This document shows, piece by piece, positions 13,201 to 24,846 of a stretch of 64,000 nucleotides of DNA. Position 1 is the stretch's first letter. Every line of letters starts with the position of its first letter. The notes beneath the pieces are model-generated. The model had not been told where the DNA came from and made no database searches. It saw only the letters and a list, made by a program, of their open reading frames with translations. The stretch is from contig JALMLS010000578.1 in the NCBI GenBank assembly GCA_038496445.1, positions 124,001 through 188,000 of the forward strand, given 5' to 3'. This DNA comes from Trichosphaerium sp. ATCC 40318. Taxonomy: Eukaryota > Protista > Tubulinea. Made by a program: the position numbers and the translations under genes.

Positions 13201-15245
13201 CGATTTGTGTCTCATTTTTCTGTTCGAGATCACGTGCTTACACTTCCGAAATAGTCATCGAAGTTGATCTTCAGGGACAGACTTGTTACACCTTTTGCAC
13301 ATTTGTACGCCTTCTACAAGTTGTAATAGACAAGATGCTAAGTTGTATGGGTTCTAGGGTATTGGTCAACCTTCGCCTCAATCCACAGCTGTCTCACAAA
13401 AGTCAAAGTTGCCATATTGGAGCAACGAGGAGCAACACGTACTCGATGTTATTGATGGCACACAAAGCTTGATCATTAACGTGCACCATCGGCTTCACAA
13501 GGAAGATTTTTTAACCGGTACAGCTACCATTGAGCTGAAGCAAGGAATTAGAGATTCCATGACAGAGTTTTGGGCGCCGATAGACATCAATCCAGACATA
13601 TCAGGCGTCACTAGAGGAAACATACATTTAAAGCTGGCATACCTCAGATACACAGGGATGATCGAAAGGCTTATATACTCGCCGGCGATGAGCTTGCCAT
13701 TGGCTCTAGCCAAGTGTCTGCCAACACCTGAAGTCTCTGGGTTGCTGATGAGGTCTGTCTCTTTGTTTACCTCCTTAGCATATTTTTCTGACTGATCCAC
13801 AGATTGTACGCTAATCACGGCATGCTGTTTCAGTTCTTGACGCTGATGATACGAGACGAAGTCAATAGCACAGGTACAAAACTAGTTCATTTTATTTCCT
13901 TTTGCAAAGCACTGACAATGGTGTAGTTAAGAGCCAGACATTGTTCCGTACAGACACAATCGCCACCAAAATGTTAAAGGCGGTTGCAAACCAATATGGT
14001 AAAAAATGGCTCATTTCATCATTACGTACGTCGCCGCCTTTCACTTTTCGTTGTGTATGAATGGTCCTTTTAGAGCCACTTGTAAAGGCAATATGTGCAA
14101 ATCCAGGACAATCAGAGGTGGATCCTAGAAAGGTTCCAGAGGGAGAAACAAGAGAACAAAATTTTATAAACTTGACAGCGTCTGTACAAAAGTTCATTAC
14201 TGGTACGCCACCATACTATATTTATATCATTCCTTTTCTCAAGTAGCATAGCAATGACAGACAGCTCGAAAGTTCCAGTCGAGATACGAACATTATGCTC
14301 TAACTTGAAGCAGATTGTTGGCAACAAGTTCCCTCAGAATTCACTCAACGGCGTTTCATCCTTTGTTTTCCTGAGGTACGCCAACGTCTAACGAAACAAA
14401 ACTCAGTCACGTGTAGGTTCTTTTGTCCAGCCTTATTTTCTCCAGCAGTACGTATACCACCATCTCTACATACATAGCACTAAATTGAAGCGAACTAATA
14501 TTAATTTTTTTCCTTTCTAGAAATCTGGTCTAGTTACACAAGGAGGCAAGTCTTGTTCTTATTAGGATCGTCCATCGACTTACAAATTAAATTAGAAGTA
14601 TCTCCTCAAGCCCGACGCCATTTGCTTCTGGTGGCCAAGATTATTCAAAACATGGCTAATGGCGTTAATTTCAAGAAGGAAGCGTTCATGATGGAATTTA
14701 ATCCGCTCATAGAGAAGCAGCTCCCACAGTTTAGAGCCTTCCTAGACGACATATCCGTACTCAACGCAACTGATTTATAGAAACTAACGCGTAGCAGGAA
14801 CCGGATCCAAGGCGGAAATACAAACAACACATAGGCAACGTGGTGCGTGGGATGGCTTCATTGATTTTTTTTACTTGCTCGCTTCCGTTTTCTTACCTCG
14901 TAGCTAGCACTGGGATGCAAAGTCTGAAATAGCCATCCTGGACTCATTTGTATTGTACTTAAAAGACCACAGTGATCCACTATTGTCAGCGGCACAAAAA
15001 TATAAAATGGTGCGTAAACGTGCTTGCTGTTCATTCCTTACTACGTGAACTAACGCTGTAATCGTAGATTTTGCTATGGCTCACTGCTGAAGTAGAGTTA
15101 AAATTTGCGCCAGTGCTAACCTTGCAACAACACAAGGAGGAAGAGCAGCCGTACGCTGTTTTACTATCAAATCTTTGACTTACGGTTTTTGCGTAGTGCC
15201 GACAATAAGAAATCAAAGAACAAGAGAGCGAAAAAGAAGCAATGA
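10223..15245 (+). CDS. PH - tandem calponin-homology - C2 - RasGAP domain protein, multi-exon
   Basis: PH (FKSWLHVKSSSKWMLKWCVL). CH1 (RRCFTLWLNAHL..VADLFVDIR|DG). CH2 (KFLFKWIKEITG..FEDGKVF). C2 (PYWSNEE..LIINVHH..DFLTGTATIEL). RasGAP (TLFRTDTIATKML, FVFLR|FFCPALFSP, LLLVAKIIQNMAN). Confidence 0.85.
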
Positions 15246-15632
15246 AACCGAGAATACCAAAAATAACCTAACTACACACCCACAAATGGCATATTTTGTA
15301 AAAGACCAGCAGATTTTTTTTTCCCCTTAATAGATTTTTCTTGTACGTACGCTGACGTTTTGTGCGTAACAGATGAGCAGTTGAACAAATCTAGTAGTAT
15401 GCCTTTTGTGTAAATTAATTCTTTTTTTTTTTTACATTGGCTGTAGCACTCGTTGTTGTACACCAAAAATTGTTGCAATGATACTGCATATGAGTTTTCG
15501 TTGTGTACTTAAACGCTAAGATACAGGAGTGGTGTCACAGTGCATCGTTGGTTGGCATTTGTATAATTTTTTAATTTTTTTTGTTTTTTGAAGTTGTTTA
15601 GTGTCTTCTCACAAAGAGCTTCATCGTTTCTT

Positions 15633-16264
15633 TTAGTAACGGCCTAATACGTTATTTAGCACGCAAATTTTGCTAAAACAATCATTTGAAAGTTTTTTTT
15701 TAAAGTTTGAAAAATGCGCTTAAATCATTTTTTGTGGGCACTCTTGTTGCCACAAATGCCATCCTAGCGCGTTGGTATTAGAAATGTACCTCTTCCGCCG
15801 TAACCACCGCCTCTACCGCCAAAGCCACCGCGGCCTCTGCCACCTCTTCCTCGGCCGCCTCTTTCGCCTCTGTCACCTCTTCCACGACCACGACCTTTTT
15901 TCGCTAATGCAGGTGCTGTTAACCCACGTTGTCTTGCAATCTTTACAATATCTTTACGGAACATTGGGGCGTTTTTGAGCATATCTAAGCGAAATCAATT
16001 AGTTTTGTTTCCAATACGCTCATTTAGCTATCGACACGCACCTGGTATGATCATAAATCTGATCTGTGAACCTCGAAGAAAGGCGTATTCAAGAGGTTGA
16101 GTGGAACTATCGCGCTTTGTAAGCATAACATCAGAGAGTTGGCAGTTCATGTTGTCTTCAGCTTCTTCTAAGCGACCTCTGTACACTTCACCATTTTTTA
16201 GCTCTATTGTGACAATATGGCCTTCAGCCTCGTGTAAAACTTTGATAGGTATACCAATACTCAT
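15633..16264 (-). CDS. SNRPD3: Small nuclear ribonucleoprotein Sm D3
   Basis: [51 protein letters not shown]|DMLKNAPMF followed by an RG-rich tail. The last exon is uncertain. Confidence 0.97.
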
Positions 16265-16396
16265 GCTTGTTGCCGCACAAAATTCGCAAAGATTTTTCTG
16301 GCGGAAAAGTGGTCAACGCTGGACGTTAAAACGTTTATTTCTCGCGTCTAAAACACCCAGCAAGTTCAAAAAACTACCACACTGACCTTTATTTAT

Positions 16397-17704
16397 TTAC
16401 ATGTACCAACTCGGTATTGTGTACGCTAATAGTGTCGAAACTAGCATGTTAGTACAAAAGAACATCGCAGTAGCGGCTATACTACGTTTTGACACTCTAG
16501 TAAGCCCACTGAGACCGTGGCCACTGGTGCACCCATTTGCGCAGTCAGTTCCATAGCCTACAAGAATTCCACCAAGCAAGAAGGTCCAAAGTGGCTAAAG
16601 GCGTGAGCACGAAAAACTTTACATCATACGGATTATTTAGTACCCTTTGCTCATAAACAGCGTAAGATATAGCTGACGGGAACATCGTCATAAGGGCATA
16701 CGCCCCCATCATCATTCCACCAACAAACGCCCAACTCTCATTCTGTTCTGTGGACTCGAAATCGACTACGAGAAAGGAGTTAAATTGCGAAAATCTAGGT
16801 CATTATGATCACGTACCCAACTTCTTGAAGATACCACTTAGGCCCAGTATTTTTCCATTGAAGAGCATGAGGAAAGCCACCGAAGTACCAATTATAGAAC
16901 CGCCCATTACAGGTCGCGTCCAGTCGAATGGTAGTGCTTTGTGTTGCACTGTAGGTATGACACTAGATCAACCATGTGAATTGAAGAACAATTGCATAAA
17001 TATGCGTAATAAGGACGTACCTGGAGGAAGAAGCAGCGAGTCCTACGCCGACTAGTGCCAGTGAAAGTGTAGTGCCAAATGACAGTTTATTCAGCGTGTT
17101 TCTGCCACTTTGTACAAAGCGAAGGAAGAATCCTGAAAACATGCCAAAACAAAATGCTACCGCTGAAATCTGGCCTAGAAATAGACCAACAACACCAGGT
17201 CCTGGACACAATCTGAACGCAAAGTTAGTGTATTTATTCGCCACGCGTTGGATGAATTTGGTGCGTACCCAGCCAATGCCCATCCACATCCAAATAACAT
17301 TGCTCCAAACAAGAGCTGAGGGGTCAGTTCAGTCTTGGCAGGTGTACAAAATTTATCTAAGATTTGGGTTAATATTCGTTAGTAAATCACATGTCACGCA
17401 CCACTTAAAAACGGTTTTTTCCGAAGTGCTCTCATTGTATAGTATGCTATGGCATTCACAGCAAGTGCAGATGTGAAAACGAGGAGCATTGAGGGATCCC
17501 AAAGACGTTTGTCAATGCCCAGCAGATTAAAAAAGTTGTAAGAACTCATTGGGCTTGCCATTGCCGATACAAGTAACCCAGCGCCCATACCACTGCCTAC
17601 AATTGTGTTAAAAGCGACATCAAAAGCGGTTAGGTTCAAAATTTCTTTGACAACTACTGCCTACCTGCGATCGCAAAAGGAATAACGGAACCGCTTGAAC
17701 TCAT
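16397..17704 (-). CDS. YeeE/YedE-family sulfur-compound (thiosulfate) transporter, two-domain fusion, multi-exon
   Basis: N-half: GLLVSAMASP..WDPSMLLVF..GAMLFGCGWALAG|LCPGPG. C-half: GGSIIGTS..NGKILGLSGI..GGILVGYGTDCANGCTSGHGLSGLTRVSKRSIAAT. Confidence 0.9.
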
Positions 17705-17989
17705 GTTGTAGCTATTGATTTATGGCTGTAGCAGAAATGTACACGTTATCTCCGTTTCTGGAAAATTTTCTCAGAGCAACTCCTGGTCAATCTCCGTTTC
17801 CCTGATGAAAACACGTAAGAATTGGGCAAAACTCCTCATATCGCCAGATTGTGGCAGCTGCATTAGTATCGGTTGCGCAGTGTATTCTTGACATCAAGGA
17901 GAATTGGTACATCGAGAAGCAGGCAGTACGTTCAGCTTCAGACGCAAGTTTAGTTTATTTTTAAGCATAGCATTTTGTACACGTGGGTG

Positions 17990-20900
17990 TCAGAGGTAAG
18001 TGGCCAGTACTCCACCAGTATTTGGGACAAACTTAATTTTTCTTGTTTTCGATGTGCGAAGGTTTTTTTGTACGCATTTCACTAAATTTATCGAATACGT
18101 TTGCCCTGTGCATTCGTAAGACAACACTCTCCGAACATAATGCCAATAATAAAAGAAAATACAAAAGGCTGAGCGCTTACCCCTAATGTTAACATAGACA
18201 GTATGTTTCCCGTTTCTCTTGTTCTTTGAAAACTTTTGGCTCAATATGTCATCGAAAGGCTCCCACCTATTGCCCCACCAATACCACCGACCTACTAGTA
18301 CACTGTATCAGACTATCTCTAAAATAGCGTGCATGCGTGCATACCTTCAGTTTGTTTGTTTGTTTTAGGCCTGTCCTGCACGCCAAACAAAGACATGAAT
18401 CCTTGTGTAATACCAGCTAGAGAGGAACTGTTTGCTTGGGTTTGCTCTTCGGGAGCACGAGCTCCACGCGATATGGTGTGTTGACCATAAATGTGCTCTG
18501 TGTGCGCACTGTCTCTCGTTGGCTGTGCGTTACGCTGACCACGTGCTGGGTTCGGTCTGTTTCTAATATCTTCTATTTTGCTCATTTCAGCACGTGCGCG
18601 TACTACAAGCGTACCTCGTTGTCTACCATTGGATGTTGTTTTCGGTCTTTGTACAGGTGCTTGGCTATCACATGCACGCTAAGGCGTATAAGTATGGAAA
18701 GGGGTTGCATAGTTTTACTTGGTAATCGAGTATACTCCATGATTGCGTGGCTGGTGACACACGGCTGCCTGCAATGCTCCTTCTACTTCCTAAATTGGGA
18801 TTGCCGTAGTGACGCCTATCATGAGTTGTGTGTGGGCGATACTCAGAATACGTTGTTTGACGTGGGTCCAATGTACGAGTTTGTGGTGCGTTGTATCGTT
18901 GAGATCCACCATATTGTGAGTGGTAAGTGTCTTCATGACGCGTATTAAAAGACATTGGTGGTTGTGAATGACTATAACTGGATGGCGCGTTTTCAGTGTA
19001 CGAACCGTCTTCAAAATGAGAAGGGGGATAGGATATAACATCTAAAGTGTCATATTCACGGTCATTGACACGTCTTGTCTCTAGAACAGCGCTTGAGGGC
19101 AACGCCTCGAATGGATCCCATTCGTCAAAGTGTAGAGTGGAAGGATCACTGTCTTGATTGTGTATGGCTTCTCTTTCTACGTGCCTATATGGACGTGACG
19201 CTGGCGGAAGATCTTCATCACTCTCGTTGTAGCGTAGCTCAAAATTCGAAGATTCTGGATAAAGAAAATCAGGCTGTTCCTCCAGCATCCTTTCTCTATT
19301 GTTGTCCTCGTGGTAAACACGTGGCTGTGAATTTCGAGGCATTAAAGTGTGATAAGAATCGTCATGTGGATCAGAGTATTTAGTATCTTCCTCTGGAGAA
19401 TATCCCTGCACATGACTGGAGTCTTCATACTGAGGCGCGAATTGTTCATGGTTTGTCAAGGTACTGCCCGTGCGATTGGCGGCTGTTACTGTTTTTTCTT
19501 CGGGCTGTTTTTGTGCGCTACTCTGAGAAGCTAGCTTGAGCATTGAATCTTTGATATGTTGCGCTGTTATATTCTTTTGAAAGCCAATGATGGCGCGTCT
19601 GACACCACAAGTTACTTTTTTTAAATGACAAAAATTCGAAAAACGTTTTTTTACCACGTGACATAAAACGACAGTATTAATCATGAGTACCTGCATAGTG
19701 GACACGTTGGCGTTTGGTTTTGACCCGCAGCTGTTTCTATTACACGAGTGATACATTCCCTACAAAAGCTATGGTCTACGGTTGTTTTGTTAGCAATACG
19801 TGCGCCCAACGCCGCCAGTTTCCATTTTGTACGTACTACAGAACCCATTATTTTCTTCTGAGGTTATGGACGTTATTTCTTCCATAGGATCACAGCATAT
19901 AGGGCTAGCGTAAGGATTTAGAGTACTGTAAAAGAGAAAGAGAACGAAGGTTATCAGTTCCTCTATCAAACGCACCAATCAAGCTCTTTGATGTGTATAG
20001 TATTAGCCATTTTCTTGTTCCGCTCAGTCCCTCCTTTATTTAAAGAGTGGGAACCAGTTTGGACTGCGATTGAAAATAAATAACTTTTGGGTTTTTTTTA
20101 TTATTAATTTACTATTTCTTTACACCAACTTCAAGAAAGTTTATATTGCACAAAGGTGCTATAACCTTAGCCTTTGTACTAACAAGCTTTCTTACAATTG
20201 CAAAATTACCAGCATAGCATATATTAGTATGTCCATGACGAGCTAAAGTATACATCACTGCCAGTTCCTCCTTCACATACCGCCTACAACCAACATTAAA
20301 AATAAACGCGTAGCCAAGTCAGGGTTAACTTGACAACGTTAGGGCATTGTATTTGGGACCACACGTGCAAAATCGGTAACTATGTTTGAAACTGAAAAAA
20401 GATTGTTTTTCAAAAAAGAATAGTTCCTGACTCTGTTCAAATTCAAATGTTGTTCATACTTTGATAAAGCGGCCCAATCTTTGTGTCTAAAGTCATTCTT
20501 GTTGCCACCAAAGATTTTGACCCATTCGTCAATGACTAAGTCTGCATCCTATTCAATAGTGTTGTCAATATGGGATTTGATCTCATGACTTTGTTGTCAG
20601 TATCGTACACATTTAGGTTCGAGCTCTAAGAGCTCATTAAAGCACTCAAACCAATATGGATCTACTATAATATCCGTGAAGCAGACAAAGTCCCATGTGC
20701 AGTTTTTATTTGAGTGCTCCTTAACTAGCTTTTGTATTTGCTTTTGCATCTTTTTACCTTTTTATTGATTTAGTCAATCAACAACACTTTACCGCCCAAC
20801 CCATACCTTCTACAAGTCCCAATGCCAGGGCAATAGAAGGATCATTTTCTAGAGAAGAAGCACGTGCTGTAAGACGATAAGAAGAATCGGCCTAAGTGAC

Positions 20901-21613
20901 TGTTAAAACAATCGGTACTTAAGTGAACTCTATTCTATTTAGCGTACCAACAGAACTGTCACGTGATTAAATTTATTACTTAATAGCTTCACAATACCAG
21001 CTTGTCTGTGAGGCATATTATTTCTGTACAAGCCAATACTGACACCCCAATGACAGCTTGTCTGTATGTTGGTTTTCACCACTTGTCAGAATAAAATCAT
21101 TGAAAGAAAACAAGTCCGATAACTTACCTTATCGGCCAGTGCTGTATATGGATCTTTTTTCGTCTGTTTGTCTTTCTACAGATGCGTGTGAGTAAGTTTA
21201 AGTGACTGTATTTAAAAATGGAATGTTGTCTTTACGATAAAGTAGCCTCTGTATTTGCGTTGGCTAGGCGTTTTAGGCTCTTTACATAAGTCTTCTGATG
21301 CTGACCGTTTTACGCGATTAACCTAATATTTAGTTCAGGGTAGTCACAGGGGTGTTGGCTGGGTTGTACCACATATTGTGTACGCGATAGCTTCTTTATT
21401 GTCGGTACACTTGGTGCACTCTGTGTAAGCTTTGCACGGCCCTTTTTATCCACAACCATGTCTGTAGAAACAGTTTGGGGTTGATGGCTCACTACCAAAT
21501 GGCGTGCATTGCGTTTTTTCTTCTTTTTCCTTTGTTTCTTCCCTAATGAGGGCGCGGTTACCAATCGCAATAGTATGCGCTAATTTATGGTTACCTTTTG
21601 AGTTTTCAGCCAT
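17990..21613 (-). CDS. Large hypothetical multi-exon protein: basic N-terminus, Cys-rich middle, low-complexity C-terminus (may be more than one gene)
   Basis: ATGGCTGAAAACTCAAAAG|GTAACC start. ORF pieces 21310-21570, 19790-19978, 18668-19756, 18319-18585 and 17990-18244 flanked by splice signals. No family recognised. Confidence 0.5.
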
Positions 21614-21785
21614 TATTGGGTTGTAACAGTAACCAAGGAGTTTCCTTCGCGTGTTAGTATCGCAAGTGTGCTAAACCAGGTGTAGCTGACTAGAACTTTC
21701 TTTGACTGAATTTAGCAGTTACATTTCTTCGTGTCACGTATATAACCACCGCAGTTAGTGAACCCATTACACTACTTTGTCGGTT

Positions 21786-23972
21786 ATGTACAGAGTAGTT
21801 TTTTGTAGGCGACATAATAGCCCAACAAATGCCAGAGAACACGCCACCTGGTTTGTGCAATCCGATAGAGAAACGTTTGATAGAATTGGTTACCGGCTTG
21901 GTATTAAAACTCTTCATGAATGGTATACTGTATCCAACACGCAAGTTATGAACCACGGGGGAACAACGGCACTCTCTCAGTACGATATAGCTCGCAGTTT
22001 GTATTTTTTGCTTCAATAGTCGTCTTACGCGTGGACAGCTTTAATGACAAGCTTTCAGAGGCTCTGGACAATATTTACCCTGAGTTTAATTGGGAGCACA
22101 AGAAGAGGCTGTACGTTTGTTCTGTGTTGTGCGACTGTGCCTTACAGTGTGAAATAGCGTAGTTCCAAGGCGATTCTGGGCTTCGTCAAACCAGCGCAAA
22201 GAGTTGATGAAAGCAGCGCCTTTACTAGGCGTTAAGGTTATGGACGACTGGTACATGGTGCCACTAAAGCGTATTTTCGAGATTGGGCTAAGCACAGTCG
22301 TAAATATGTACGATAGTTGTTTTTAAAGCAATGTTATTTTGACACATTTTGACACATTGTTTTCAGCAAACCTACAAAATTTTTTATTTTTTTTTCAAAC
22401 AGCTTGCGTATATAAGTCGCTCGACCTTGGTAGAACCTTCTTACATACTGTTTTTGTTGAGTTAATACCTATGCAAGGCATGGCGGTTCTGTGGCTTCGT
22501 TAGTGAAGTGGTTATATCCTAACAAGAAATGGCTTACTTGGCGGTTTAATTTAGACATAAATGAGCAAAGGCGTAGTCTCAACCTGCTCGCGAAGAAATT
22601 AAATGTCAAACAACTTGATGACTGGTATGCTGCTACCGATGTTGAGATAGAAAATCAAGGCATTAGGCATCTTAAATTTGGTATACCAACAAGGTGCGAA
22701 CAAAAAGCCTTTTGAGGTTTTCTCAGAACTTATTCTTACAACAGACAACCCATTCCCTTGCACGAGTTAATAACTGCCGTGTATCCTCTACATGATTGGG
22801 TCATGTGGCGCTTCAAGTACGTATAGTGTCTTTATTTATATTTTGGTTCAAATGCTGTGGTTTGTGTGCTTATTGTTTTACTTTAGTGCCCTTCCTATTG
22901 ATTTTGACAGCCAAAGAAGTCTGATTGATAGTGTTGGTAAACTACTCAATGTCAGAGTACTTGATGATTGGTATGTTTTCGAATCGGATGATTTTAAACG
23001 ACACTTGGGTCCTCTCATGCGGTTGTAAGTGCATAACGGATTTTTTTTGTTTTCAACTCCATATTTACAAGCAATATTAAAGGTACAGCAATTCAATATC
23101 AAATATACTAGAGACATTTTATCCTAACTACAAGTGGGTCAAATGGAAATTCACGTGCGCTTTTTTTTTGAGAAATACTCGACCTAAGTAGAGCTATAGG
23201 CGTACACCTCATGGATACTGGGGTGATACCAGTCATCAACTAAAGCTTATGGAAGACGCTGCGTTAACACTTAACCTCAAAACTCTAGATGATTTTATAG
23301 GATTACCACGTTCGCGGTTGATTGATAAAGGCGTAGATTTAATTACAAGAAAGCATGGAACCTTAAATAGGGTTCTTCTAGCCTTGTTCCCAAAACACAA
23401 ATGGAACTTTCCGTACGTCTTGTTTATGTTTACATCTAATGTACACAACCACTAACTAATGCCTGCAGAAAAGAATCAACACTTCCATCTGGTCATTGGA
23501 CTAATCCATGTAATCAAAGATCGTTTTTACAACGTGTTGAACAAGCGTTGGCTATAAAGAACCCTGAGGAATGGTGCGCCCTTCTTTTTTTGTCGTTGTT
23601 GGATAGTCAGCAGAGTTACTCTAACTTGGGATCCAAATCAGGTACTTTGTATCTCATGAACAGTTATCAGCTATGGGTGGAGGTGGTATCATCACGTACT
23701 TTCCTGGAGGTGCGTTCGTTTGCTACTTTGGTCATTCATAAATAATTGCTGGAGCTAAATTTGTTGTTAGTGTTGCATAGTTTTAAACCAGATTTTGTTT
23801 GGAATTGGCAAACTTTTGTGGATAACTCTCAAAACAAAAAGGCAAAACAGCGTTGGTTGGTTTCTTGCGTCAAAGGCAGTATTTTACCTAACAAGAATGT
23901 TGTTCTATAGCTCATATAGATGCAATGCTTAAGCGCTACAATTACGACCTGAGCTCGATGCAGATTTTTTAA
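21786..23972 (+). CDS. Uncharacterised tandem-repeat protein with (N/S)QR..L/FD.L...L.vK.LDDWY repeats, multi-exon
   Basis: At least six ~65 aa repeats, e.g. FDRIGYRLGIKTLHEWY, QRRSLNLLAKKLNVKQLDDWY, QRSLIDSVGKLLNVRVLDDWY, LAIKNPEEW. Each is followed by ..YP.hkW. Confidence 0.75.
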
Positions 23973-24846
23973 GAGCATGCACACTGCCCGAAACTGTTAG
24001 CATGAAAAATAGGCAGATAACAACAGAGAAACAGTCTGTTGGACTTGTAAAAAACCCAGCCGTAGAATAGCAATATCTTGGAACGAGATCTATTGCAACA
24101 GGGCTACTGTAGTACTACGAAATTGGAATCAGTATGGAAATTTATACAGTAGGCCTTGAACAAAAAGAATGAAGATGAACTAATAAAAAAACGTGATTAT
24201 TGTTGTACTCGTTCTTCAACACCTAATCCATTTGCACTATCCAGTGCTCCACATTGTTATAATGCAAACATTTGTTATCTTGAGTTTTAGATTTATCAGT
24301 GAAGGGTTTTTTTTCACAGTTGTGTAGCGACTGTTATTGACTAATTACAGCGTCATAGTTTAAGTTAAAACAGGCAACCGGTATCCCAAAAATAGCTATT
24401 TTTTCTCATTTCAAAAGGCATAAAGTACTATTTAATATATCGCAATAGTCCTTTGTTTATGGCGCTATACTAGTGCACAATTTAACTGTGCTTTCTGTTG
24501 GTTTGAGTAGTAACTAATCATTTACGTTTATCTGTACTGCTTATCGTGCACCTTGCCGTATGCTGGGAGGTTGAAACGTTTCACTGCAGTTTATTTTGTT
24601 AAATGCGTCGCTTTACAATTGTATGTCTTGAGAACACGTAGTAAGAGCAGTATGGGCTATTTTACCCTTTTCATATCAGTGAACGCAACATGGTTATTTA
24701 AGCCGTAGCCAGACTCCCACCAATTGACAAGTCTGTACGAGCAACTAGGGTGCAAGCACTACGCGCAACCTGTTCGTTACAACGCTGGCGTTTATAGCTG
24801 CTGCAAAAAACATACCACCTGTTGCTTTCGCCGGTACACCTCGGAA

